39,762 bases of DNA. It comes from an uncultured Verrucomicrobiales bacterium (GTDB lineage: Bacteria; Verrucomicrobiota; Verrucomicrobiia; Verrucomicrobiales; Akkermansiaceae). Of the stretch, positions 8,252 through 18,776 are shown in pieces; positions within the stretch are counted from its first letter, which is position 1; each line of letters begins with the position of its first letter. The stretch spans positions 1-39,762 of the forward strand of contig CALBVA010000014.1 of the NCBI GenBank assembly GCA_937969125.1, read 5' to 3'. Both the position numbers and the translations under genes were made by a program. A model generated the notes under the pieces. It saw only the letters and a list, made by a program, of their open reading frames with translations. It did no database searches and was not told the origin of the DNA.

Positions 8252-8456
8252 ATACTCCTAATCGTTCAATAAGCTATTGAGCAGGAGAGGTTTTTCCGAG
8301 CCTTGGTAAAGCGGATAGAGCACAAGCGCTGCTTACCCAGCACTTCAAGGAAGGTGCCCTGAGGTGATGCCATGATCGAATTTCCGGCATCAGAGATCTG
8401 GAATATCCTGGACTCAAATTGCGCGACCACTCTGTCATGCGTTCCTGACGAAGAGC

Positions 8457-8485
8457 CAAAAAAAGAGCACCCGGGAAGGGTGCTC
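8457..8485 (-). terminator. Rho-independent terminator of thiC
   Basis: A 9-bp perfect stem, AGAGCACCC (8463-8471) / GGGTGCTCT (8477-8485), has a 5-nt loop. On the minus strand it is followed by a T-run (complement of A 8458-8463). It sits 28 nt after the thiC stop. Confidence 0.7.
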
Positions 8486-8512
8486 TTTAAAAGAACTGCT
8501 GCTGTCAGGGAC

Positions 8513-10775
<2,263 letters not shown>

Positions 10776-10892
10776 AGCGGAACGGTGGGGGGCGATGGCA
10801 GATTTGTCAAATGAGGAAAGGGTCAGGCTGATTCAGCCATCATCATATCCATCCTTGAGCTTGTCGGTTCTCGCCGCCAATCTTCGCCGCAG

Positions 10893-12827
10893 ATGCTGCG
10901 GGGATTGATGACGTTTTCCGGGTTCACCTTGATGAGCCGCCTTCTGGGATTTCTTCGGGATATTCTCATCGCCGGACTGGTGGGAACCAGCGTGGTCGCG
11001 GATGCCTTTAATGCCGCCTTCCGCTTCCCGAACATGTTTCGCCGCATCTTCGGGGAGGGAGCTTTTAATTCCGCCTTCGTCCCGCTCTTCGGAAAACGGG
11101 TCGCGGAAGATGGGCGTTATTCCGCGATTCGCTTCGCCAATAATGCCTTTTCCGTTCTCTTCCTCGTTCTTGGCGTCCTGACCATCATCCTCATCCCTCT
11201 CATGGCGTGGATCATGCTCGCCGTGGTGCCGGGCTTTCTCCCGCAGTTCGATCAATCACTCTCCTCTCAACAAGCCGAATTTCGCATGGCCCTGCGTGGA
11301 GCGAAGGCTGTTTACATGCAGGTCGACGGTGATCCGGCGGAGGTCAAATTACAGAATCTTCAGCTCATCGAGCGTGGCACGCCACCGATGGGAAAGGTTT
11401 TGGGCGAGGTCTTCGGCGGTGAAGTTCAGGCAGTCGGCGAGACCATCCCGCTGGCTTCAGTGGTCGAGGATGGTTTACAGAGGGACTCCTACGGCGATGT
11501 CACAGCGGCGGACCTCATTGAAAACGGAGTTTGGAAATTCGGAGCCGATGGCCTGCTCGAAGTCCCGTTACCGATGAATCACGACTTCGCGATTCTTGAA
11601 GGCTCGGCCTCTGGAGCAGGAGACTTGCAGGTCTATCGCAATGATCCCGTGGCCTTCGATCTCACCGTGTTGCTGTCCAAGATCACCTTCGTTTATCTCC
11701 TTTGCATGGCTCTGGTGGCCCATCTCAGCGGGGTGCTGACCACCTTGAAGAAGTTCGCCGCTCCCGCTTTTTCTCCGGTCTTGCTCAACGTCATCTTCCT
11801 CCTCGGGCTCCTGATCTTCGCTCGCTTCACCGAATCGCGCGAAGCCAAGGGCCTCCTTCTAGCCTGGTGTGTGGCCATCGCGGGCTTCGTCCAACTTGGT
11901 CTCCTCTGGTGGACCTGCCGCCGTGCCGGACTTCCGGTAGCCTTGCAAAAACCGGTCTTCGACCCCTCGATCAAACGCCTCTTCATCCTGATGGGCCCCG
12001 GCGTGATCGCCGCTGGAATTCAGCAAATCAATCTCCTCATTGGAGGCATCATTGCCTCGTTCCAGCAGGGTGCCATCTCCATGCTTTACTACGCCGACCG
12101 GGTCTATCAGCTCCCCTTGGGCATGATTGGCATTGCCTTCGGTATGGTCCTGCTCCCCGAAATTACCCGTCTCCTCAGCGGTGGCAAGGAAGGCGAGGCT
12201 TCCGAGACAATGCGGAAGGGAATCGAACTAGCCATGCTCATCACCGTCCCGGCGGCCATCGCTTTCATGACCATTCCGGGCGAAATCATCTCCGTCCTTT
12301 TCGAGCGGGGAGCATTTTCCCATGAGGACTCGGTCAAGACCGGCCAGGCCCTCGCGGCCTTCGCTATCGGCTTACCCGGCTACGTCCTTATTAAGGTGCT
12401 CCAGCCCGGCTACTTCGCTCGGGAAGACACCCGCTCGCCCATGAAAATGGCGGGCATTACCGTCATCGTGAACATCGTGGTGAGCTTGCTCCTCTTTCCG
12501 TTTTTCCAGCATGTCGGCATTGCCGTCGCGACTTCGGTGGCCGCTTGGGTCAATGTCTTCCTACTCTGGTTCGGGCTGCGTGGCTTTGTCACGCTCGATT
12601 CTGAAAGCCGCCGCCGCCTGCTCGGCATGGTCATCGCTAGTGTCATTATGGCGTTGTGCCTGGTTGTGGCAAAACACTTCCTCGGAGGCTGGCTCGTCGC
12701 CGACTTCTGGCAAAAAACCATCGCCCTAGCCATACTGATCAGCTTCGGACTCACCGTTTACATCGCTGGTGTCCTCGGCATGAAAGTCACCAGTCTCCAC
12801 GAACTGAAAAACTCCTTCCGGAAGTAG
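10893..12827 (+). CDS. murJ: Lipid II flippase MurJ (MviN) with a ~140-aa insertion after TM3
   Basis: N-terminus SRLLGFLRDILIAGLVGTSVVADAFNAAFRFPNMFRRIFGEGAFNSAFVPLF. Later motifs are YYADRVYQLPLGMIGIAFGMVLLP and VLQPGYFAREDTRSPMK. It is 644 aa, against roughly 510-540 for typical MurJ. Confidence 0.93.
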   Translation: MLRGLMTFSGFTLMSRLLGFLRDILIAGLVGTSVVADAFNAAFRFPNMFRRIFGEGAFNSAFVPLFGKRVAEDGRYSAIRFANNAFSVLFLVLGVLTIILIPLMAWIMLAVVPGFLPQFDQSLSSQQAEFRMALRGAKAVYMQVDGDPAEVKLQNLQLIERGTPPMGKVLGEVFGGEVQAVGETIPLASVVEDGLQRDSYGDVTAADLIENGVWKFGADGLLEVPLPMNHDFAILEGSASGAGDLQVYRNDPVAFDLTVLLSKITFVYLLCMALVAHLSGVLTTLKKFAAPAFSPVLLNVIFLLGLLIFARFTESREAKGLLLAWCVAIAGFVQLGLLWWTCRRAGLPVALQKPVFDPSIKRLFILMGPGVIAAGIQQINLLIGGIIASFQQGAISMLYYADRVYQLPLGMIGIAFGMVLLPEITRLLSGGKEGEASETMRKGIELAMLITVPAAIAFMTIPGEIISVLFERGAFSHEDSVKTGQALAAFAIGLPGYVLIKVLQPGYFAREDTRSPMKMAGITVIVNIVVSLLLFPFFQHVGIAVATSVAAWVNVFLLWFGLRGFVTLDSESRRRLLGMVIASVIMALCLVVAKHFLGGWLVADFWQKTIALAILISFGLTVYIAGVLGMKVTSLHELKNSFRK

Positions 12828-12840
12828 GACGCGGGATCGA

Positions 12841-13251
12841 TTATACCGACTCCAGAATGAGGTTTCCGTAAGCAGTCGGATCTCCGGTGCGAATGAGGCC
12901 AATCGCTTGGGGCACCTTCTTTTTAAATTCGTCGTGATCAAGGCGGGTCACCTGCAGGCCATCGTGCTTCTCCTTGAAAGCATCGAATTTCGACTGATAG
13001 AGATCGATGGTCTCCTGCGGATTGGTATCCAGAAATTGCTCTGCCTGCCAGATGTGACCGACTAGGAAGTTGGGAGCGAGTAAGTCGAGAAGGTCGGTAA
13101 TTTTGGGAATGCCCTTGGTCAAGGTCAGGTCGATGACCTCGATCTCAGTCCAATAAGGAAAGGCCCAGTCGGAGATGACGAGGGTGTTGGTGTGGCGGAT
13201 TCGGGAGAGGAGGTGATTGACGGCAGGATTAAGAATTCCGTTTTGGAGCAT
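12841..13251 (-). CDS. RbsD/FucU-family sugar mutarotase (D-ribose pyranase-like)
   Basis: 136 aa. MLQNGILNPAVNHLLSRIRHTNTLVISDWAFPYW...IDLTLTKGIPKITDLLDLL parallels the E. coli RbsD N-terminus ([29 protein letters not shown]...IDMALTQGVP). Confidence 0.85.
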   Translation of the reverse strand: MLQNGILNPAVNHLLSRIRHTNTLVISDWAFPYWTEIEVIDLTLTKGIPKITDLLDLLAPNFLVGHIWQAEQFLDTNPQETIDLYQSKFDAFKEKHDGLQVTRLDHDEFKKKVPQAIGLIRTGDPTAYGNLILESV

Positions 13252-13305
13252 GATTATCGGTTGTCGGTTATTGAGTCATAAAGTGAAGCCTGTCTCGGCT
13301 CCCAA

Positions 13306-14376
13306 TCAGACCGAAAGATCAGGGTAGGAGCCGAGGATTTTCACCAGCGAGCAGTGGGTCTCGAGGGTATCGAGAGCCTTTCTGACTTCCGGATCCTCGC
13401 AGTGGCCGGCGAGGTCGACATAGAAGATGTATTCCCAGTCCTTTTGTTTGGAGGGACGGGATTCGATCTTGGACATATTGATCTCAAAGGAATCAAAGGC
13501 CTGCAGAGCCTTAACCAGCGAGCCAGGTCGATCATGGACCGAGAAGAGGATACTGGTGCGATCCTTTCCAGTTGGTGGGCAGGTCTCTTCGCCGATGACG
13601 AGGAAGCGGGTGGTATTGGTGGCGCGATCCTGAATGGCTTCATCGAGCATAGTGAGTCCATAGAGCTCGGCCGCGAGCGGGCCACCCATCGCGGCAGCTC
13701 CTTCCGAGGCGCGGTCGTGCGCGATTTCGGCAGCTTTTGAAGTGGAGGAGACATTGACCAAATCAGCGTCCGGGAAATTCTGGAGAATCCACTGGCGGCA
13801 CTGGCCGAAGACCTGTGGATGGGAGTAAAGAGTTTTGATCTCTTCACGAGGAATGGCTGCCATGAGGCCGTTTTCGATACGTAGGAGGATTTGCGCGCAG
13901 ATGCGAAGAGGGGATTCTACGAAGAGATCGAGAGCGTGAGAGACGGCTCCTTCGGTGGAATTTTCAATGGGAACCACTCCGTAGGAGGCCTTTCGCCGCG
14001 TGACGGCATCGAAGACTTCGGCAAAGTTGGCCAGCGGTTGATATTCGACGGAATGGCCAAATTTTTTGATCGCGGCCTGATTGGTCCAAGTCCCCATCGG
14101 TCCGAGGTAGGCGATTTTCAGCTCGTCTTCCAGATGAAGTGCCATCGACATGATCTCGCGATAAATGGCGCGGACGGAATGATCGGGAAGGCGGCCCGCG
14201 TTCTTCTTTTCGAGAGCTCTGAGGAGGGAGTCTTCGCGTTCCGGAGCGTAGATTTGTAATCCTTCCTTCTTCTTAATAACTCCGACTTCATGGACGGCCT
14301 TAGCGCGCTCGGCGAGCAGGTCGAGAAGCTGAGTGTCGATCCGGTCGATCGTTTTGCGGATGTCGTCGAGAGGCAT
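13306..14376 (-). CDS. pheA: Bifunctional chorismate mutase / prephenate dehydratase (P-protein)
   Basis: N-terminal CM helix (LDDIRKTIDRIDTQLLDLLAERA). PDT domain (IAYLGPMGTWTNQAA, NTTRFLVIG). ACT domain (SILFSVHDRPGSLVKAL, ESRPS). Confidence 0.95.
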   Translation of the reverse strand: MPLDDIRKTIDRIDTQLLDLLAERAKAVHEVGVIKKKEGLQIYAPEREDSLLRALEKKNAGRLPDHSVRAIYREIMSMALHLEDELKIAYLGPMGTWTNQAAIKKFGHSVEYQPLANFAEVFDAVTRRKASYGVVPIENSTEGAVSHALDLFVESPLRICAQILLRIENGLMAAIPREEIKTLYSHPQVFGQCRQWILQNFPDADLVNVSSTSKAAEIAHDRASEGAAAMGGPLAAELYGLTMLDEAIQDRATNTTRFLVIGEETCPPTGKDRTSILFSVHDRPGSLVKALQAFDSFEINMSKIESRPSKQKDWEYIFYVDLAGHCEDPEVRKALDTLETHCSLVKILGSYPDLSV

Positions 14377-14397
14377 GTTTTCGGTGACCGTGATGGG

Positions 14398-15180
14398 TTA
14401 TTCCTCTTCGTCGGACTGCGTCGTTTCCTCTGCTGCCTCGGTCGGCTTCTCGATGGCGCTCAGTGCGAGCTGCGTCTCGACCTCCTGAGTGGTGGCATTG
14501 GGAATGGGTGCCTCTTCCCCATCTTCAGGCTTGGGCTCGTCTTCCTCAGTCCCGTCCGGAAGCTCGACTTTGCGAAGTTCTCCGATGTTCGGGAGCTCCT
14601 CAATGTCGCTGATGCCGAAGTGCTCCAGGAAAAGCTCGGTGGTGGCGTAGAGCAGAGGCCGGCCGGGGAGGTCGGCCCGGCCATCGATTTTGACCAGTTC
14701 ACGGTCCAGGAGCTTTTGCAGCATTCCGTCGCAAGAGACTCCGCGCACCGCTTCGAGGGCGGATTTGGTGACTGGCTGGCGGTAGGCAATGATGGCCAGG
14801 GTCTCCATGGCAGGCGGGCTGAGTCGTTCGGGTTTGCGGCCCGGGAAAAGGAGCCGGACGAAGCCTGCATAGTCCGCCTTGGTGAAGATCTTCCAGCCTT
14901 TGGCCCGCTGTGCGATGATGAAGGAACGATTGGACGACTCGTAAGTTTTATTGAGTTCGTCCAGCGCGGTCGTGATTTCCTGTTCGGTAATGGTGGCCAG
15001 GGCATCGAGATCCAGCGCTCTCTCAGGACTGTCGGCTGAGGGGGCATTTTCAGGATTTTCGGTGATGGAGTCCTCGGCAAATTCAGCCGCCCGCGCACGG
15101 ATGAGCCGGGCAATCTCCGAGGAGGGCAGGGGAGTCTCAGAGGCGATGAGGAGGGATTCGATGATGGAGGATAGATCCAT
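14398..15180 (-). CDS. scpB: Segregation and condensation protein B (ScpB) with acidic C-terminal extension
   Basis: IIESLLIASETPL, LSPPAMETLAIIAYRQPVTKSALEAVRGV and GRPLLYATTELFLEHFG. The ORF extends to 15219, but the Met at 15180 (MDLSSIIESLL) matches usual ScpB N-termini. The last ~60 aa are rich in Glu/Asp/Pro/Thr. Confidence 0.9.
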   Translation of the reverse strand: MDLSSIIESLLIASETPLPSSEIARLIRARAAEFAEDSITENPENAPSADSPERALDLDALATITEQEITTALDELNKTYESSNRSFIIAQRAKGWKIFTKADYAGFVRLLFPGRKPERLSPPAMETLAIIAYRQPVTKSALEAVRGVSCDGMLQKLLDRELVKIDGRADLPGRPLLYATTELFLEHFGISDIEELPNIGELRKVELPDGTEEDEPKPEDGEEAPIPNATTQEVETQLALSAIEKPTEAAEETTQSDEEE

Positions 15181-15368
15181 AAGGCGGGCGTAGACTAGAA
15201 GGGCGTGGCGAGAATTCAAGAGCCTGGTGGTTTCGTGTCAAATTCGAGATGGAAAATCAGCTTGCGCCGTCGCTAGAAACTCTCTAATGGTCCCGCCCTC
15301 TCGAAAATGTGGGAACTCCGAGTCTCTCTCATTTCAAAAATCTCTCCACTCATAGAATATTTCCCTTC

Positions 15369-16268
15369 ATGGCTAAGAAAGTTTCAAAAAAGAAGACTGC
15401 GAAAAAGGCTGCAAAAAAAGCACCTGCAAAAAAAGCAGTGAAGAAGGTCGTCAAAAAGGCTGCAAAAGTTGCCAAAAAAGCTGTGAAGAAAGCCCCATCT
15501 AAAAAGGCTGCGAAGAAAGTCACCAAAAAAACGGCCAAGAAAACCACTAAAAAGGCAGCCAAGAAGGTCGCTAAGAAAGCGGTAAAGAAGGTTGCTAAAA
15601 AAGCGACGAAGACGGTCACGAAAAAAGCGGCTAAGAAAGTCATAAAAAAGGCCGCCAAGAAAGCAACACCGGCCAAAAAGACTGTCACAAAGGCGGCTAA
15701 AAAAGTTGCGAAGAAAGCCCAGATCAAGGTCGCCGAGCCCGCTCCGGCGAAGCCGATTGCCAAAAAGGCTGTCAAGCGGGCCCGCAAGGCTACCAAAGTC
15801 GAGGAAGACCTCCCGCCCGTCGTGGTGAAACGCCGCTACGTGAAGCCGGAAACGGTTGCCAAGCTCAGCCTGTTCCAAAAAAAGCAGCAGCAGCGCCTCC
15901 TGGATCTCCGCGATCAAATCACCGACTCGATGTATGGCATCCAGAATGACACCATCAAGAATAGTGCCGAAAACACCGACACCGGTGGCGGCGGAATGCA
16001 CCAGGGAGATGCCGGATCGGATGCTTATGACCGCGATTTCGCGCTGACCATGCTTTCGAAGGAGGCGAACGCTCTCGGTGAGATTGAGGAAGCCCTCCAG
16101 CGTCTGGAACTCGGCACTTACGGGATCTGCGAAGAATCCGGCGAAAAAATTCCGAATCCGCGCCTTGAGGCCATGCCCTTCGCTCGGCTCACCGTGGAGT
16201 GCCAGGCGCGACGCGAGAAGGAGCACTCCAAAAGCGATTTTAGCAGCCGGGAATACGGATTTAATTAG
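15369..16268 (+). CDS. DksA/TraR-family protein with N-terminal histone-H1-like Lys/Ala-rich domain
   Basis: The ATG at 15369 gives MAKKVSKKKTAKKAAKK..., ~135 aa of (A/V/T)KK repeats. The C-terminal ~110 aa are DksA/TraR-like: GDAGSDAYDRDFA, IEEALQRLELGTYGICEESGEKIPNPRLEAMPFARLTVECQ. Confidence 0.85.
   Translation: MAKKVSKKKTAKKAAKKAPAKKAVKKVVKKAAKVAKKAVKKAPSKKAAKKVTKKTAKKTTKKAAKKVAKKAVKKVAKKATKTVTKKAAKKVIKKAAKKATPAKKTVTKAAKKVAKKAQIKVAEPAPAKPIAKKAVKRARKATKVEEDLPPVVVKRRYVKPETVAKLSLFQKKQQQRLLDLRDQITDSMYGIQNDTIKNSAENTDTGGGGMHQGDAGSDAYDRDFALTMLSKEANALGEIEEALQRLELGTYGICEESGEKIPNPRLEAMPFARLTVECQARREKEHSKSDFSSREYGFN
15372..15773 (+). repeat. Low-complexity AAG/AAA/GCN-rich coding tract (Lys/Ala repeats)
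   Basis: Directly visible degenerate short-period repeats encode AKKAAKKV-type units. The mirrored reverse-strand ORFs (15350..15796, 15384..16226) are artefacts of this composition. Confidence 0.8.
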
Positions 16269-16384
16269 AGCTTACCGAAACGATCCGAAGCAGACTGCCT
16301 TCATTGATTTTCACATGCCCTTTGGAGGCAGGCTTCTCCGCTGGAATGATCCCGTGGAGCGAGATCGAAGAGGTCTACAAAACA

Positions 16385-16413
16385 AAAAGAGCCCTGCGAA
16401 AAAGCTCTCTTTG
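16385..16413. terminator. Weak hairpin flanked by A- and T-runs between convergent genes
   Basis: AAAAAGAGC-cctgcgaaaaa-GCTCTCTTT. The stem is short (AGAGC/GCTCT). It lies between the DksA-like stop (16268) and the helicase stop (16505). Confidence 0.35.
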
Positions 16414-16504
16414 ATCCGTCCGTGATGTTGCATTTTCGCAGATGGCTCCGCGTCTCTTTGCGGATTCCTTTCCCTCAACCTGCTTTTCGAAAATTCCCTG
16501 ACCG

Positions 16505-17683
16505 CTAAGCCGGACCGAAGTAGATTCCCAGCTGTTTGGCCAGGTTGTTCAGCCGCTTTTCCTCTCGCTTGTCGATGAGGACTAGGGAGAGACCTTTTTT
16601 GCCGGCACGGGCGGTGCGGCCGCTGCGGTGGGTGTAGTATTCGTCCTGCTCGGGGAGCTGGTGGTGGACGACGAAGGAGAGATCGGCAACATCAATGCCG
16701 CGGGCGGCGACGTCAGTGGCGATGAGGAACTGGGTTCGTTCTTTTTTGAAGGCGCGCATCACCTTATCGCGTTCCCACTGGGTGAGATCGCCCTGTAGGA
16801 CGTCCACGCTATGGCCTTCCTTCTTGAGCTTCTTGCCGAGCATGTCGCAACCGTCCTTGGTTCGGCAGAAGATGAGGCCGCGCTTTTCGTCCTGACGGGA
16901 GAGGAATGCATCAATGAAATCCGTTTTGTCTTCCTTCGCGACGACGGCGTAGCGGTGATCAATGTCACGATTCACGACGCTCTTGGAGCCAATTTTCACC
17001 GTTTTCGGCTCTGGTGCCATGCACACTTTGACGAGCTCTTTCAGGGCATCGGGGAAGGTGGCCGAGAAGAGCCAGGTGGCCTTGCGGTTTTTGGTGATCT
17101 CGATGGCGTCTTTAATCTGTGGTTTGAAACCCATGCTGAGCATCTCGTCCGCTTCATCGAGAATGAGATACTGGACGTGCTCTAGGTTCACGGCCCGGCG
17201 TTGCAGGAGGTCATAAAGCCGGCCGGGAGTGGCGACGAGAATCTGGGTCGGGCGGCGGAGGCGGGCGATCTGAAGGTCAATCTTATCCCCACCGGCGACC
17301 ACTTCCAGGAAGGTGCGTTCGTCGGCGTATTTGGTGAACTTGAAGAGAGCCTTGCCGATCTGCTTCGCGAGTTCACGAGTCGGGGCGAGAATGAGTGCCT
17401 GGATATGTTCCTTCTTGCCGGAAATTTTGGTGAGAAGCGGCAATCCGAAAGCCGCGGTTTTGCCGGTGCCTGTCTGGGCCTGTCCGACGAAATCATGCCC
17501 TTTTTCCAAAAGATAAGGGATGGATTGGGCCTGGACGGGGGTGGGTTTCCGGATGCCGAGTTCATCAAGTCCTTTGACGAGATCGGCAGGGACGCCCAGA
17601 GATTGAAAGTCGCTCACGGATGACGGTCTAGGGTGAGGGTTGCGGAAGGTCAAGGATTGCGAGCGGTGGGGAATAGGACGCAA
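16505..17683 (-). CDS. DEAD-box ATP-dependent RNA helicase (minimal two-RecA-domain core)
   Basis: Q-motif region FQSLGV...PTPVQ, motif I AQTGTGKT, motif II DEAD (LILDEADEML), motif III SAT, motif VI HRSGRTARAG. The start is ambiguous: the ATG at 17683 adds a Pro/Arg-rich 22-aa leader, and a GTG at 17617 is an alternative. Confidence 0.93.
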   Translation of the reverse strand: MRPIPHRSQSLTFRNPHPRPSSVSDFQSLGVPADLVKGLDELGIRKPTPVQAQSIPYLLEKGHDFVGQAQTGTGKTAAFGLPLLTKISGKKEHIQALILAPTRELAKQIGKALFKFTKYADERTFLEVVAGGDKIDLQIARLRRPTQILVATPGRLYDLLQRRAVNLEHVQYLILDEADEMLSMGFKPQIKDAIEITKNRKATWLFSATFPDALKELVKVCMAPEPKTVKIGSKSVVNRDIDHRYAVVAKEDKTDFIDAFLSRQDEKRGLIFCRTKDGCDMLGKKLKKEGHSVDVLQGDLTQWERDKVMRAFKKERTQFLIATDVAARGIDVADLSFVVHHQLPEQDEYYTHRSGRTARAGKKGLSLVLIDKREEKRLNNLAKQLGIYFGPA

Positions 17684-17825
17684 TGGCCGAGGTGCCTTGG
17701 TAGTGAGCTTTTGGAAGTTGGCTGTTAGTGTGCCTACCGCAGGGGAGCTAAGAGTTGACTTCGTAGCACCTTTCGCCCGCTTCTAGATCGGCCATTCTGG
17801 CCTTCACGGCTTGCCCTGAAAGATC

Positions 17826-17857
17826 CTCCGTCCCGACCAACTGCGACCGGGACGGAG
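17826..17857. other. Perfect 10-bp-stem hairpin in a 277-bp intergenic spacer
   Basis: CTCCGTCCCG (17826-17835), a 12-nt loop, then CGGGACGGAG (17848-17857). No adjacent T-tract on either strand. Confidence 0.6.
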
Positions 17858-17960
17858 AAATGGCTTTCAGCAAGCGTCAGGTAAATAACGCTCGTCACCC
17901 TTAATTAGTCTGTTTTTGCTCAAGAGTTACGGCTTTTTAGAAAATTCGTGTATTTTCCTG

Positions 17961-18557
17961 TCAGGCTGGTCTGATCGCTTCTTCGATGAAGCTCAAAATT
18001 TCCTTCCTGCCTTCGCGATTTGTTGAGGAGCTTTGGAAGACGATGGGTTCGCCTTCCGCAAATTCCTTCATGCTGTCGGTGAAGAGTTCGATGTTCTTCT
18101 GAACGACCTTTGGTTTGACCTTATCGGTCTTGGTGAAGATGAGCGCAAATGGGATATTATTCTCAATGATCCACTGGACAAAGCGGAGATCCAGTTTCTG
18201 GGGAGAATGCCGGGAGTCGATGAGAACGAAAGTGCCGATGAGGTTCTCGCGTTTCAGGATATATTCGGAGACGAACTCGTTAAATTCCCCACGCATAGAC
18301 TTTGAAACCTTTGCGTAGCCATATCCGGGGAGGTCAACAAGGGTCCACGCCTTGTTAATCTTGAAGAAATTAATCTCACGAGTTCGGCCAGGGGTTTTCG
18401 AGACTCGGGCGAGGGTGTCCTTGTTGGTGAGGGTATTGATCAGCGATGATTTACCGACATTCGAGCGGCCGATGAAGGCGAATTCAGGAAGTTCCGTCGA
18501 CGGGCAATCGGCGAGGGCGACTGCTGCTTTGGTGAAAGTTGCCGATTGAATCCGCAT
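17961..18557 (-). CDS. engB: Ribosome-biogenesis GTPase EngB (YsxC/YihA)
   Basis: PEFAFIGRSNVGKSSLIN (G1), DLPGYGYA (G3), TKTDK (G4). The Met at 18557 (MRIQSATFTKAAV...) matches usual EngB N-termini. The track ORF starts further upstream at a TTG (18593). Confidence 0.93.
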   Translation of the reverse strand: MRIQSATFTKAAVALADCPSTELPEFAFIGRSNVGKSSLINTLTNKDTLARVSKTPGRTREINFFKINKAWTLVDLPGYGYAKVSKSMRGEFNEFVSEYILKRENLIGTFVLIDSRHSPQKLDLRFVQWIIENNIPFALIFTKTDKVKPKVVQKNIELFTDSMKEFAEGEPIVFQSSSTNREGRKEILSFIEEAIRPA

Positions 18558-18776
18558 GAGTCGGAAGGTAACGGGGAAGAAAGAGGGGGACAATTCATTC
18601 CCCTAATTCCTCACTGAGTTTCATGTGGAGGAATCCTTTCTCAGGATTAGCGGGAGGCAGGATGCGGAGATCATTGCCATCATCATCTGGGCGACCGTCG
18701 GGCTCCGGGTAGCCGAGAAGGTCTAAAGCCACAGCCCCAATTCCGAGTAGCACGGCGAGACGGCTGATAACTTGGA

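Noticed and set aside
8252-8456. ~200-bp spacer between the metal-operon palindrome and the thiC terminator, containing a GATGCC...GGCATC hairpin with a GATCGAAT loop vaguely reminiscent of a tRNA T-arm, and the 61-codon ORF 8274..8459
   Set aside because: I could not fold a cloverleaf: there is no acceptor stem and no 5-bp/7-nt anticodon arm. No Mn-riboswitch-like core is visible, and the ORF has no support. It is probably just promoter and leader sequence, but an Rfam scan would settle it.
17617-17683. The 22-aa Pro/Arg/Ser-rich N-terminal leader of the DEAD-box helicase considered as a targeting or regulatory extension
   Set aside because: It is equally well explained by initiation at the in-frame GTG at 17617, just before the Q-motif region. 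The start cannot be decided from sequence alone.
18595-18753. Possible 52-codon GTG-initiated ORF between ogt and engB, encoding a hydrophobic N-terminus (VLLGIGAVALDLLGY...)
   Set aside because: It has only a non-ATG start and no positively charged N-terminus or RBS. It is short and cannot be distinguished from chance by eye.
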